Origin: Gammaproteobacteria bacterium
GTDB taxonomy: Bacteria; Pseudomonadota; Gammaproteobacteria; Ga0077536
Direction of reading: 5' to 3'
DNA: 39,785 nucleotides
Assembly (NCBI GenBank): GCA_947450495.1
Contig: CANFVX010000002.1
Span: 1-39,785 of the forward strand
Part shown: piece by piece, positions 27,170 through 36,239 of the stretch
Layout of the letters: the number at the start of each line of letters is the position of its first letter
Position numbering within the stretch: position 1 is the first letter of the stretch
The notes under the pieces: model-generated
The model's database searches: none
Told to the model about the DNA's origin: nothing
What the model saw: the letters and a program-made list of their open reading frames with translations, nothing else
Position numbers and translations under genes: made by a program

Positions 27170-27904
27170 TCAGGTCGGGCTTCCCGCGAGGTTGCGCTTG
27201 ATGATGTAGAGCAGGCCGATGAGGTCGTCCGATAATCCCTGCTCGAACTCCGAGCCCTCCAGGCGATAAGGGATGCGCTGGCCGTGATGCTCAACGGGCG
27301 CACCGATTTGTTCAAACAGGATCCCGTAGGCGCGGAGGCGACGCGCCAAACGGGGCTCCATCAAAGCGAATACCCGTTCCACCTGGCGCCCTAGCGCGAG
27401 CGCGGCAGCACCGACATACAAGCCTGCGGCAATATGGGGGAAGCCGCGTCGTTCAACGCTCAGATTCGGATGGTCACCGTTCGACTCGCTGACCGGCGAC
27501 AGCTTTTCTTTCCCGCGTCGGCGAAATTCGCCAATGACCGCAACGCGGGAGATTTCCGCCGAGGTCTTGCGCCACAGGGCACCGTGGTGCTGACGCATGG
27601 CCTCGGCTGCGGCCGGCGCAAGAGGCTCAAACGGAAACGCTTGTAAGGGATCGAGAGGGTCGGCCAGCACCAGACGCAGGCAGCCGATGAAGCGCGCGCT
27701 TGCCCGGTGCCGCAAGAGGACAAATATCGCGCGGCGATCGAAGCTGTCCGACTCTTCGGCGAAATTGCCCACCGCCGTCGGCTCCCAGCCCAATTCCTGC
27801 GCGTAGACCTGATAGCGCAAGCGAAAGACTTCATTGCGCAATTCAGGCGTCGTGGCTTCTACCACTTCGAAATAGCGTGGGAAATCGCAGACCCCTTCAA
27901 CCAT
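27170..27904 (-). CDS. PEP-CTERM/exosortase system-associated acyltransferase (GNAT fold, FeeM / N-acyl amino acid synthase / LuxI-like)
   Basis: N-terminus FEVVEATTPELRNEVFRLRYQVYAQELGWEP is the signature of this family. GAGGA SD. Lies 24 nt downstream of the prsR stop on the same strand. Confidence 0.82.
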   Translation of the reverse strand: MVEGVCDFPRYFEVVEATTPELRNEVFRLRYQVYAQELGWEPTAVGNFAEESDSFDRRAIFVLLRHRASARFIGCLRLVLADPLDPLQAFPFEPLAPAAAEAMRQHHGALWRKTSAEISRVAVIGEFRRRGKEKLSPVSESNGDHPNLSVERRGFPHIAAGLYVGAAALALGRQVERVFALMEPRLARRLRAYGILFEQIGAPVEHHGQRIPYRLEGSEFEQGLSDDLIGLLYIIKRNLAGSPT

Positions 27905-27928
27905 CCCTGGTTCCTCACGGCCATCGCG

Positions 27929-29269
27929 TCAATGCAGGCCGTATTTCTTGATGAGGTGATAAACCGTGGGGCGACTCACCCCAAGCACATCGGCTGCCTT
28001 GCCGATCTGTCCATGGCTCGCGGCCAGTGCTAACTGAATCGCGCCCGCCTCGGCTTCGTCTCGCACTTCGCGCAAGGTCCTGAAGCCATTCGCCACGGGC
28101 AACTCGAGTTCGAGATCCGCCGCCTCGATCACGAGATGGTCGGCCATGATCACGGCGCGTTTCACCCGGTTCTCGAGTTCCCGCACGTTACCCGGCCAGT
28201 CATGGGCTTCGATGGCAGCGAGGGCTGAAGGACTGAAGTCCCGCACCTGCGCGCCATAAAGTTCACGGAAGCGGCTGAGCAAGGCGCGCGCGATGAGGAT
28301 TGCGTCGCCGGGACGCGCCCGCAGCGGCGGAATCGCGATGGATAATTCGCTCACGCGGTAGTAGAGATCTTCGCGAAACAGGCGCTCGGCCATGAGCGTG
28401 CGGAGGTCTTTGTGGGTGGCGCAGATAACCCGCGTATCCACCGCAATTTCCTCACGTCCCCCCACGCGTTCGATCACGCGCTCCTGCATGAAGCGCAACA
28501 GCTTGGCCTGCAGACTCAAGGGCAAATCGCCCATTTCGTCGAGAAAGAGCGTGCCGCCGTCGGCGTACTCGAGCTTGCCGCGGGTTTGTCGCACGGCGCC
28601 GGTAAACGCGCCGCGCTCGTAGCCAAACAGTTCGCTTTCCAGCAGTTGTTCGGGGATCGCGGCGCAGTTAATCGCCACGAAGGCCTGCGCGTGGCGCGGG
28701 CTTTGTTCGTGGATGGCGCGCGCCAGCACTTCCTTGCCGGTGCCGCTCTCTCCTTGCAGCAGGACGGTGGCGCTGGTGGGCGCCAGCCGCTCGATGCGGC
28801 GGCAGACTTCAAGCATCGAAGCGCTGGCGGCGATAAGCCCGGTGCAGGCATTCCGCTGCGCGGCGATGAGCTGCTGGTTTTCGCTTTCGAGCGCGGCAAG
28901 ACGCTGCGCGCGGGCGATGATCAGCCGCAGTACGTCCGGATCTACCGGCTTCTCATAAAAGTCGTAAGCGCCCAGCGCCACCGCCCGGATGGCGACTTCG
29001 CGATCATCGTTGCCGGTCACCACAATGACCTTGGTGCTGGGCGCCGCGCGGAGAATTTCGGACAGGGCGAGCAGACCTTCCGAGGCATTGGCCGGGTCCG
29101 GCGGCAAGCCCAAATCCAGCGTCACCACCGGCGGCTGCCAACGGCGCACAGCGTCCAGCGCCGAGGCGCGGTCGGTCGCGAGCGACAGTTCGTATTCCGA
29201 CAAGGCCCACTTGAGTTGGGTGAGCACGCCCGGATCGTCGTCAACCAGCAGGAGTCGTGGCGGCGTCAT
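27929..29269 (-). CDS. prsR: PEP-CTERM-box response regulator, sigma54-dependent transcriptional activator
   Basis: Start at MTPPRLLLVDDDPGVL (index 75 of the track ORF; ATGA overlap with the prsK stop). REC domain, AAA+ sigma54-interaction domain (GESGTGKEVLARAIH, ELFGYERGAFTGA) and C-terminal Fis-type HTH (AADVLGVSRPTVYHLIKKYGL). Confidence 0.92.
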   Translation of the reverse strand: MTPPRLLLVDDDPGVLTQLKWALSEYELSLATDRASALDAVRRWQPPVVTLDLGLPPDPANASEGLLALSEILRAAPSTKVIVVTGNDDREVAIRAVALGAYDFYEKPVDPDVLRLIIARAQRLAALESENQQLIAAQRNACTGLIAASASMLEVCRRIERLAPTSATVLLQGESGTGKEVLARAIHEQSPRHAQAFVAINCAAIPEQLLESELFGYERGAFTGAVRQTRGKLEYADGGTLFLDEMGDLPLSLQAKLLRFMQERVIERVGGREEIAVDTRVICATHKDLRTLMAERLFREDLYYRVSELSIAIPPLRARPGDAILIARALLSRFRELYGAQVRDFSPSALAAIEAHDWPGNVRELENRVKRAVIMADHLVIEAADLELELPVANGFRTLREVRDEAEAGAIQLALAASHGQIGKAADVLGVSRPTVYHLIKKYGLH

Positions 29270-31368
29270 GCGTGCGCCACCGCCGGCGGCAAAGCGTGCG
29301 CTCGATCGAGCGGCAGGCTGATCCGGAAAGTGGTACCGGCCCCCGGCGCGCTCACCACCGACAACTTCCCGCCCGCCGCGCGCACCACGTGCAGACTTTC
29401 GTAAACCCCCATCCCCATGCCTGCTTTTCCTTTGGTGGTCGCAAACGGTTTGAACAACTGCTCCTGCACGAACGCTTCGCTCATCCCGCAACCGGTGTCC
29501 TCAATGCGAATCACGGCGCGGTCGTCGCTGCGAGAAAGTTCCACCCGAATCGACCCGGTAGCGGGCGTCGCGTCCTGCGCGTTTTGCAGCAGGTGCTCCA
29601 GCACGGCGGTGAGCCGTTCCGCCGCGCCGTGGACGGGCAGCGCCTGCGCATGGGTGATGAATTGGGGCTGCGGTAGTCGCGCTTTGACTTGCTCCACGGC
29701 CGAGCGCGTGACCGACACCAAATCGCAGACTTCCGTTTGAAAGCTCTCCGGCACCTGACGAAACGCGCTCAGCACGCGGGAGAGCTTGGTGGTGGCGTCT
29801 TGTACGGTGCGCAGGGCGTCGTCCACGAAGTCCTGATTGTGGCGATGGCGCTCGGCGTTGCGATTGACCAGCATCAGTTGGGCCAGAACGTTCTTGAGGT
29901 CATGCACGAGAAAGGCCGAAAGCCGGTTAAAAGCGTCGAACTGCCGGGCCTCCGCCAGCGCATCGGAGGCGCGGAGCAAGGCGAGATAGCCGGCCGCCTG
30001 ACGACTCATCGTGCGCAGCAGTCCGCGATCCTCAGGGGTCATGCCCGATTCCGATCGGCGATCACCCAGCAGCATCAGCGCGAGTAACTCGTTCTGGTGA
30101 ATGAGGGGCACCAGTGCCCAGGCCCGCGGCATCTCCAGTAACCAGCCGGGCAACAGATTCTCCGCGTCCAGCGTGCTTCTGGCCGCTTCTGCCCGCAGTT
30201 CCAAGGCGCCGTCATCGTTGGCAAAGCGCTTCAGCAAGGGATGGTCTTCCGCCAATTCGGCGTCGCGCGGGGCGGCGATCACCCACTGGGCCACGCTTAA
30301 AAAATTGCCCGCAGGCCCCTTCTGCCACAGCACGGCGCCCGTGCTGTCCATCACATCGGCAAAGGCCCTCAGCAAATTCTGGCGAAAATCGAGCGGATTC
30401 TGATCAAGCTGCGCGAGCCTTGCGGTGAACGACATCCACGCAGATTGATAGTCGTGTCGATGCGGATAGAAGTGCCGCGCGAGAAAATCCTTCACACCTG
30501 AGCGCAGGCTGGCGGAGGCCAGCAGCGAGACCATCACCAACAGTGCGAGGGAGCTCAATACAATTCGCAGCGCCCCGCCCCAACTACCGCCGAATACTTT
30601 GACGTAATAGCCGGCGATCGCCATGAACAGCAGATAAAGGCCGGCGGCCGACATCACCGTGACGTGCAGCGCGGCCTGTCGGGAAAGCCGAGGCGCCTGC
30701 GTCAGATGACGACACCGCATGGCGCTGATCGCAATCAGCGGCACCGCAAAAGCGTTCACGATGCTTCTGGCGGTCCACCAGTCGGGGTCGATCTGGCCAA
30801 ACAGCAGGCCGTCGGCATACAGCGCAAAGTCATACAGCAGCACGGAGCCGAGACCGAAGCCCAGATGCTTTACCGACCAGCGGGACTCATCGCGAGTGTT
30901 GCGATAGAGCTGCTCGATGAGCACCAGCCCCAACACCGACTGCAACAGAAACCCCACACGCACAATGCCCGCAACGCCCGGCCCCAAGGGTGACCATGAG
31001 CTCAGCGCCAGCGCGAGCAAGCCGCACAGCAGGCCTACGATCAGGCTGAAGCTGCGACTCAGGCCTTGCAGAAAGGATTCGAAACCCGCGCTGGCGCCCG
31101 TCTGTTCCAAGGCCGCAACGAGCACCCGGAACCACAGCAGGTCGCGCAACAGTTCAAGCCATTGCAGCACCACCGCCAGCTTGAGTGCGCCGTCGTCATA
31201 AGGCGCGCAGGTCTGCACGAGCAGCCAGCAGGCCGTCGCGGCGGCGGCAGGGATGAGCGCGCCGTTGAGCCTCGAACCCCGGAGCACGGTCAGCAGCAAG
31301 AGACAGAGCGCGCCAAACGCGAGGACCCCGACCGCGCCAAACAGGGACACCAGATCGGGCAGCGTCAT
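29266..31368 (-). CDS. prsK: PEP-CTERM system sensor histidine kinase
   Basis: About 300 aa of multiple TM segments, a GAF-like middle region, a DHp H-box (FLVHDLKNVL) and HATPase_c motifs (IEDTGCGMS, GMGMGV). ATGA overlap with the upstream sugar transferase. Confidence 0.9.
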   Translation of the reverse strand: MTLPDLVSLFGAVGVLAFGALCLLLLTVLRGSRLNGALIPAAAATACWLLVQTCAPYDDGALKLAVVLQWLELLRDLLWFRVLVAALEQTGASAGFESFLQGLSRSFSLIVGLLCGLLALALSSWSPLGPGVAGIVRVGFLLQSVLGLVLIEQLYRNTRDESRWSVKHLGFGLGSVLLYDFALYADGLLFGQIDPDWWTARSIVNAFAVPLIAISAMRCRHLTQAPRLSRQAALHVTVMSAAGLYLLFMAIAGYYVKVFGGSWGGALRIVLSSLALLVMVSLLASASLRSGVKDFLARHFYPHRHDYQSAWMSFTARLAQLDQNPLDFRQNLLRAFADVMDSTGAVLWQKGPAGNFLSVAQWVIAAPRDAELAEDHPLLKRFANDDGALELRAEAARSTLDAENLLPGWLLEMPRAWALVPLIHQNELLALMLLGDRRSESGMTPEDRGLLRTMSRQAAGYLALLRASDALAEARQFDAFNRLSAFLVHDLKNVLAQLMLVNRNAERHRHNQDFVDDALRTVQDATTKLSRVLSAFRQVPESFQTEVCDLVSVTRSAVEQVKARLPQPQFITHAQALPVHGAAERLTAVLEHLLQNAQDATPATGSIRVELSRSDDRAVIRIEDTGCGMSEAFVQEQLFKPFATTKGKAGMGMGVYESLHVVRAAGGKLSVVSAPGAGTTFRISLPLDRAHALPPAVAHA

Positions 31369-32762
31369 CGGGCGCCTTTACCCCACAGCACCACCTGTAG
31401 GGTCAGACAGAGAATATTCAGGTCGAGAAACAGGCTGTAGTTCTTGAGGTAGTAGAGGTCGTATTGCAGCTTTTGACGTGCGTCTTCGCTGGAGGCGCCG
31501 TAGGGAAAGCAAATCTGCGCCCAGCCCGTGATGCCGGGCTTCACCTGATGCCGCAGGGCGTAGAACGGAATCTCCTGCTCCAATGCGCTGACAAACGCCG
31601 GGCGCTCTGGACGCGGCCCAACGAGACTCATATCCCCCAGGAGCACGTTGAACAATTGCGGCAGCTCATCGAGGCGGGTTTGGCGCAGGAAGCGTCCGAG
31701 ACGGGTTACGCGTTGGTCAGCCTGAGTGGCCCATACCGCCTTGCCGTCGACTTCGGCGTTTTGCCGCATGCTGCGAAATTTATAGAGCTGAAATGGCTTG
31801 CCGTGGAGCCCCACCCGCTCCTGGACGTAAATCACCGGGAAGCCGCTTTCCAGAAAGATCGCCAGCGCCACAATGACCATGATGGGTAAACCGACACAGA
31901 GCATGAGCAAGGCGATGCTCACATCAAGCAGGCGCTTTGACCCCTGCAGCAACACAGCACCGGTATAGCCATCGGCAAAAATAAAATCGCCGGCCTTGAT
32001 GCCATCAAGACTGATCCGAACCTGCTGTTGTTCAAGAAACTGCGAATCGTCGAGCACCCGTATGCCGCTCATCTTGCACTGGAGCAGTTCCGCCTCCGGC
32101 AGCTGGCTACGTCGGTCATCCAGCGCGACGACGAGCTCGTCAACGTCGAAGCGTTTGACCAACTCCGGTAAGGCGCCGGTGGAGACAATGGTGCGCGCGG
32201 GGTCGATGACCGCAGGGCCTGCGCCGACATCCACGAAGCCGACGATGACAATGCCGATGCGGTCGCTGGCGCGCCGCAGGCCTTCAAGGCGCTTCGCCCG
32301 TTCCCCAACTCCCAGCACCAGCACCCGGCGACGCAGGTGAGACTCCGTGCTCCGGCTAAAGACCAGCCTGGCGCTGAGCAAGCCGATGAAGGCCAACAGG
32401 GCCGCAGGCAGCAGAAGCCGCCGCTCAGGCAGAAAACTCGGGACGCCAGGACGAATGCAAGCAATCAGCGCCAGACCGATGAGAAAGCCAATGATCAGGC
32501 GAGCTGTGGTCTGGGCCGGCAGATCGCGCGGGTCTCGTTGATAACAGCCGGTGGCCAACAGGCCCGTTAACATCGCCAGCGTGAAACCCATCGCCGAAGG
32601 GATCAGGCTGGACAACGCGCCCGCCTCGCCTCGCGGCAGGCCATTGCTGGCCAACAGCGCAAACAATCCGGTGACCAGCAAGGACACCAACAAGATCAGC
32701 GCTTCCGCAGTGACGGTGACCAGTAGCAGCCGGGGCACATAGTGTCGAAAAATTCTGAGCAT
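31365..32762 (-). CDS. priming sugar-phosphate transferase (bacterial sugar transferase, EpsB-like, PEP-CTERM system type)
   Basis: [14 protein letters not shown] is the N-terminus typical of the family (ATG 32762; the track start 32780 is GTG). 4-5 N-terminal TMs. C-terminal catalytic domain [22 protein letters not shown]...[14 protein letters not shown]. Confidence 0.88.
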   Translation of the reverse strand: MLRIFRHYVPRLLLVTVTAEALILLVSLLVTGLFALLASNGLPRGEAGALSSLIPSAMGFTLAMLTGLLATGCYQRDPRDLPAQTTARLIIGFLIGLALIACIRPGVPSFLPERRLLLPAALLAFIGLLSARLVFSRSTESHLRRRVLVLGVGERAKRLEGLRRASDRIGIVIVGFVDVGAGPAVIDPARTIVSTGALPELVKRFDVDELVVALDDRRSQLPEAELLQCKMSGIRVLDDSQFLEQQQVRISLDGIKAGDFIFADGYTGAVLLQGSKRLLDVSIALLMLCVGLPIMVIVALAIFLESGFPVIYVQERVGLHGKPFQLYKFRSMRQNAEVDGKAVWATQADQRVTRLGRFLRQTRLDELPQLFNVLLGDMSLVGPRPERPAFVSALEQEIPFYALRHQVKPGITGWAQICFPYGASSEDARQKLQYDLYYLKNYSLFLDLNILCLTLQVVLWGKGAR

Positions 32763-32970
32763 CCGTTCCCACCCTTTCACGCGCCCTGAGGGCGTGGATT
32801 AATTTTTCGTGAGAGGGATGATGCACAGGGCCAGACTGGCGCCCTATGCGCGAAGTCATGTTTAGGGTGCGGGTTTCAGGGGAACAAACGATGGCGCGCG
32901 ATGGGGCGACTACGTCTGAGAAAGTACGGCGCGCACCTGGTGGCAGGCGCGCGTCGCTCGGGCTGAATGA

Positions 32971-34803
32971 CTATTCGACGGTAACGGACTTGGCGAGGTT
33001 ACGCGGCTGGTCGACGTCGGCGCCTTTTAGCACCGCCACGTGATAGGCCAGCAATTGCAGCGGCACGGTGTAGACCACCGGCGCGATGGCCTCGTGCACG
33101 GCCGGCAGGCTCGTGACATGGATCGCGGGGTGCGTGGACACGGTGGCCTGACTGTCGGCAAAGATATACAGCTGACCGCCACGCGCGCGCACTTCTTCGA
33201 GGTTGGATTTCAGCTTCTCGAGCAGATCGTTGCGCGGGGCCACCGCGATCACCGGCATTTCATCGTCGACCAGGGCCAAAGGCCCGTGCTTCAACTCACC
33301 GGCCGGATACGCTTCGGCGTGGATATAGGAAATCTCCTTGAGCTTGAGCGCACCTTCCATCGCGATGGGGAACATGGTGCCGCGCCCCAGATACAGGGCG
33401 TGTTGCTTGTTGACGAAGTGCTCGGCGAGCGCGGCAATCCCGTCGTTTAGTTCGAGCACCGCGTTGATTTTTCCGGGCAGACTTTCGAGCGCGGCCACCA
33501 ACTCGAGTTCGGTAGCCTCGCTCATGCCGTGACGTCTGCCCAGCGCGATCGTGAGCAGCATCAAGGCCACCAGCTGGGTGGTGAAGGCCTTGGTGGAGGC
33601 CACACCAATTTCTGGCCCCGCGCGCGTCATCAAGACCAGTTCGGATTCCCGCGTAAGCGAGCTTTCGGGCACATTGCAAATGGCGAGTGCGTGCGCGAAA
33701 CCGCGACTTCTGGCTTCGCGGAGCGCAGCGAGCGTGTCGGCGGTTTCACCAGACTGGGAGATCGTCACAAACAGGGTGTTGGGACGCACCACGGGATTGC
33801 GGTAACGGAATTCGCTGGCTACTTCGACAGTGCAGGGAATGCCTGCAAGGTCTTCCAGCCAGTATTTGGCCACGGTGCCGGCATGAAAACTCGTGCCGCA
33901 GGCCACGATATTGACCTCACGCACCGCTGCCAGCATGGACGCCGCCTGCGGCCCCAGAAGGTCGTGGGCCAGTCGGCCGTTGACGATTCGACCTTCCAGG
34001 GTTTCGGCCACGGCTCTGGCCTGAGTAAAGATTTCCTTCAGCATGAAATGTCGATAGCCGGCCTTCTCGACCGCGTCCGCGCTGAGGTTGGAGATGCTTT
34101 CGGGACGGGTCACGACCTGACCGTCGGCATCGTAGATAGTGACCTTGTGCCGGGTAATTTCGGCGGTGTCGCCATCCTCCAGAAAGATGAAGCGCTGCGT
34201 GACGGGTAATAGCGCAAAGACATCGGAAGCAATGAAGTTCTCACCAATACCAAGCCCAATCACCAGCGGGCCGCCGCAACGGCTCGCGATGAGGCGCTCG
34301 GGCTCATCTTTAGAAATCACCCCAAACGCAAAAGCCCCTTCCAGCATTTTCGCGGTGGCCTGCACCGCGCTCAGCAGATCCTTGCCGGCATCAAGAAAAA
34401 CGTGAATCTGGTTGACCGCGACTTCGGTGTCGGTGTCGGAGTGGAATTCGTAGCCGGCGGCAGTTAAATCCGCCCGGAGCTTGGCGTGATTCTCGATAAT
34501 GCCGTTGTGCACCAGCGCCACCCGATCTCGCGCCACATGCGGATGCGCGTTGCGGGTACTGGGTTCGCCATGAGTCGCCCAACGCGTATGGGCAATGCCG
34601 AGCGTGCCGTCCAGAGGCGTGGTGAGCATCTCACGCTCCAGCCCCGCAACTTTGCCTTGCACCCGCACGCGCTCGATTGTGGTGTGGGCCCCCACCACCG
34701 CGATGCCGGCGGAATCGTAGCCGCGGTACTCAAGGCGCTTGAGTCCCTCGAGAAGAATAGGACTTACAAATCTTTGCGCTACCGCGCCAACGATTCCACA
34801 CAT
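32971..34803 (-). CDS. glmS: glutamine--fructose-6-phosphate aminotransferase (isomerizing)
   Basis: MCGIVGAV Ntn-Cys start, two SIS domains, C-terminal ...NLAKSVTVE. 610 aa, the full-length canonical size. Confidence 0.97.
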   Translation of the reverse strand: MCGIVGAVAQRFVSPILLEGLKRLEYRGYDSAGIAVVGAHTTIERVRVQGKVAGLEREMLTTPLDGTLGIAHTRWATHGEPSTRNAHPHVARDRVALVHNGIIENHAKLRADLTAAGYEFHSDTDTEVAVNQIHVFLDAGKDLLSAVQATAKMLEGAFAFGVISKDEPERLIASRCGGPLVIGLGIGENFIASDVFALLPVTQRFIFLEDGDTAEITRHKVTIYDADGQVVTRPESISNLSADAVEKAGYRHFMLKEIFTQARAVAETLEGRIVNGRLAHDLLGPQAASMLAAVREVNIVACGTSFHAGTVAKYWLEDLAGIPCTVEVASEFRYRNPVVRPNTLFVTISQSGETADTLAALREARSRGFAHALAICNVPESSLTRESELVLMTRAGPEIGVASTKAFTTQLVALMLLTIALGRRHGMSEATELELVAALESLPGKINAVLELNDGIAALAEHFVNKQHALYLGRGTMFPIAMEGALKLKEISYIHAEAYPAGELKHGPLALVDDEMPVIAVAPRNDLLEKLKSNLEEVRARGGQLYIFADSQATVSTHPAIHVTSLPAVHEAIAPVVYTVPLQLLAYHVAVLKGADVDQPRNLAKSVTVE

Positions 34804-34910
34804 AAGTTGCTCAGCCGCCGTTGCCTGTCAGTGCCGGGAGTATAACGGACGCGGCATTGCGGGAATGTTGAAGGAATGCGCGAGAAGATGAGCCAGTGCA
34901 GGTCGGAGGC

Positions 34911-35381
34911 TTAACGAGCCAGAAGCTTCTGCAGGCTAAGCCGGCCTTTTGCGATCTGATTGGGCGTCAAGGTGTCGCCCATGGTGGCCATGTAGGACTG
35001 CGCCCTGGTGTTCCCGGAAGCCACCGCGCGTTCGAACCAGGCATAAGCCCACATGAAATCCTGTGCGCCGCCGAGGCCCCGCAAATACAGCATCGCCAGA
35101 TTGCACTGGGCGTCAGCATTGTTGTTTCGCGCGGCGGACTCAAACCAACGGCGGGCGGCGGCGAAGTCGCGACTCACGCCAACGCCGAGATAGTAGTGCA
35201 CGCCGAGCAGGTTCATGGCCTTCGGATCGCCGGCTATCGCAGCGTCTTTCGCCAGTCGATAGGACTTTGGGAAGTCACCGCCGTCGAAAGCGCGGCGCGG
35301 GTCGCCGGCCTCACTGCAGGCCGCAAGCGCGCCCATGGTCAGGAGCAAGACAAGGAGATTTCTGATTGGGGCGCGAGTCAT
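34911..35381 (-). CDS. Sel1-repeat (TPR-like) lipoprotein
   Basis: Lipobox LAAC after the signal peptide. Three Sel1-like repeats: GDPKAMNLLGVHYYLGVGVSRDFAAARRWFESAA, NNADAQCNLAMLYLRGLG..., WFERAVASGNTRAQ. Confidence 0.75.
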   Translation of the reverse strand: MTRAPIRNLLVLLLTMGALAACSEAGDPRRAFDGGDFPKSYRLAKDAAIAGDPKAMNLLGVHYYLGVGVSRDFAAARRWFESAARNNNADAQCNLAMLYLRGLGGAQDFMWAYAWFERAVASGNTRAQSYMATMGDTLTPNQIAKGRLSLQKLLAR

Positions 35382-35415
35382 GGGGGACTACGCGCCGGCG
35401 AGAGGAGTGTCTGAT

Positions 35416-35492
35416 TGGTCGGGGCGGCGAGATTCGAACTCGCGACCCCCGCAACCCCATTGCGGTGCGCTACCAGGCTGCGCTACGCCCCG
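35416..35492 (-). tRNA. tRNA-Pro (anticodon GGG)
   Basis: The minus strand reads CGGGGCGTAGCGCAGCCTGGTAGCGCACCGCAATGGGGTTGCGGGGGTCGCGAGTTCGAATCTCGCCGCCCCGACCA. It folds as a cloverleaf by hand: 7-bp acceptor, GCGC D-stem, CCGCA/TGCGG anticodon stem, loop AUGGGGU with GGG at 34-36 and G37, GTTCGAAT T-loop and an encoded CCA. Confidence 0.93.
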
Positions 35493-35600
35493 ACGACAGA
35501 CAATTCTTAAGACGCTCTCTGGAGCAGAGCGCCAGCAATTCAGTAAGTAGTTTGTGATTGAAGCGCCCGCCACGGTTTCGCTTTTGGGCGCTTGATGGAC

Positions 35601-35957
35601 TTAACGGCGAAGGATGTCCAATACCTCTTCAAGCTCGATTCTTAACTGACGCACGATTTGCTGGCTCATGCTCGAATCGGCTTTCACCTCATCGCCAGAC
35701 AGTCGCTGGCGGGCACCGCCAATGGTAAACCCATGGTCGTACAACAGGCTACGGATTTGACGGATAAGAATCACATCCTGACGCTGGTAGTACCGCCGAT
35801 TACCCCGACGCTTGATCGGTTTGAGCTGCGGGAACTCCTGCTCCCAATAGCGCAAGACGTGCGGTTTTACAGCACAAAGCTCGCTGACTTCACCAATGGT
35901 GAAGTAGCGCTTGCCGGGAATAACGGGCAGTTCGTTATTGTTCGATATTTCCAGCAT
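35601..35957 (-). CDS. MerR-family transcriptional regulator (the small conserved gene downstream of ihfA)
   Basis: [40 protein letters not shown] is a MerR-type HTH. The ATG at 35957 overlaps the ihfA 3' end by 23 nt. Confidence 0.85.
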   Translation of the reverse strand: MLEISNNNELPVIPGKRYFTIGEVSELCAVKPHVLRYWEQEFPQLKPIKRRGNRRYYQRQDVILIRQIRSLLYDHGFTIGGARQRLSGDEVKADSSMSQQIVRQLRIELEEVLDILRR

Positions 35958-36237
35958 ACGCTTCGACTCGAGCTTTTAGTTTTTGGCCTGGTCTGAAAGT
36001 GACAACCCGCCGGGCGGAAATGGGGATTTCCTCACCGGTCTTCGGATTTCGGCCTGGCCGTTGGTTTTTGTTCCGGAGGTCAAAGTTGCCGAAGCCCGAC
36101 AGCTTTACCTGTTGCCCCTGCTCCAGGGAAAAACGGATTTCTTCAAAAAAGGCTTCAACCAGTTCTTTGGCTTCGCGCTTGTTCAAACCAAGGTCATCAA
36201 AAAGACGTTCCGCCATATCCGCTTTCGTCAGTGCCAT
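35935..36237 (-). CDS. ihfA: integration host factor subunit alpha
   Basis: [34 protein letters not shown]...[26 protein letters not shown], the canonical IHF-alpha sequence. Conserved pheST-ihfA synteny. Confidence 0.96.
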   Translation of the reverse strand: MALTKADMAERLFDDLGLNKREAKELVEAFFEEIRFSLEQGQQVKLSGFGNFDLRNKNQRPGRNPKTGEEIPISARRVVTFRPGQKLKARVEAYAGNIEQ

Positions 36238-36239
36238 GG

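Noticed and set aside
28412-29404. 330-aa plus-strand ORF inside prsR
   Set aside because: Antisense to a gene with complete REC, AAA+ (GAFTGA) and HTH architecture.
35381-35600. tRNA-Pro as the attachment site of a genomic island carrying the EPS locus
   Set aside because: There is no integrase next to the tRNA and I found no duplicated copy of the tRNA 3' end in the window. glmS and a lipoprotein gene lie between the tRNA and the locus. It is kept only as a low-priority compositional check.
35493-35600. Two hairpins (CGCTCT-N7-AGAGCG; AAGCGCCC-N17-GGGCGCTT) between the merR-like gene and tRNA-Pro
   Set aside because: The stems are short or the loops large, with no U-tract. They could be a terminator or a tRNA processing signal, but the evidence is too weak to annotate.
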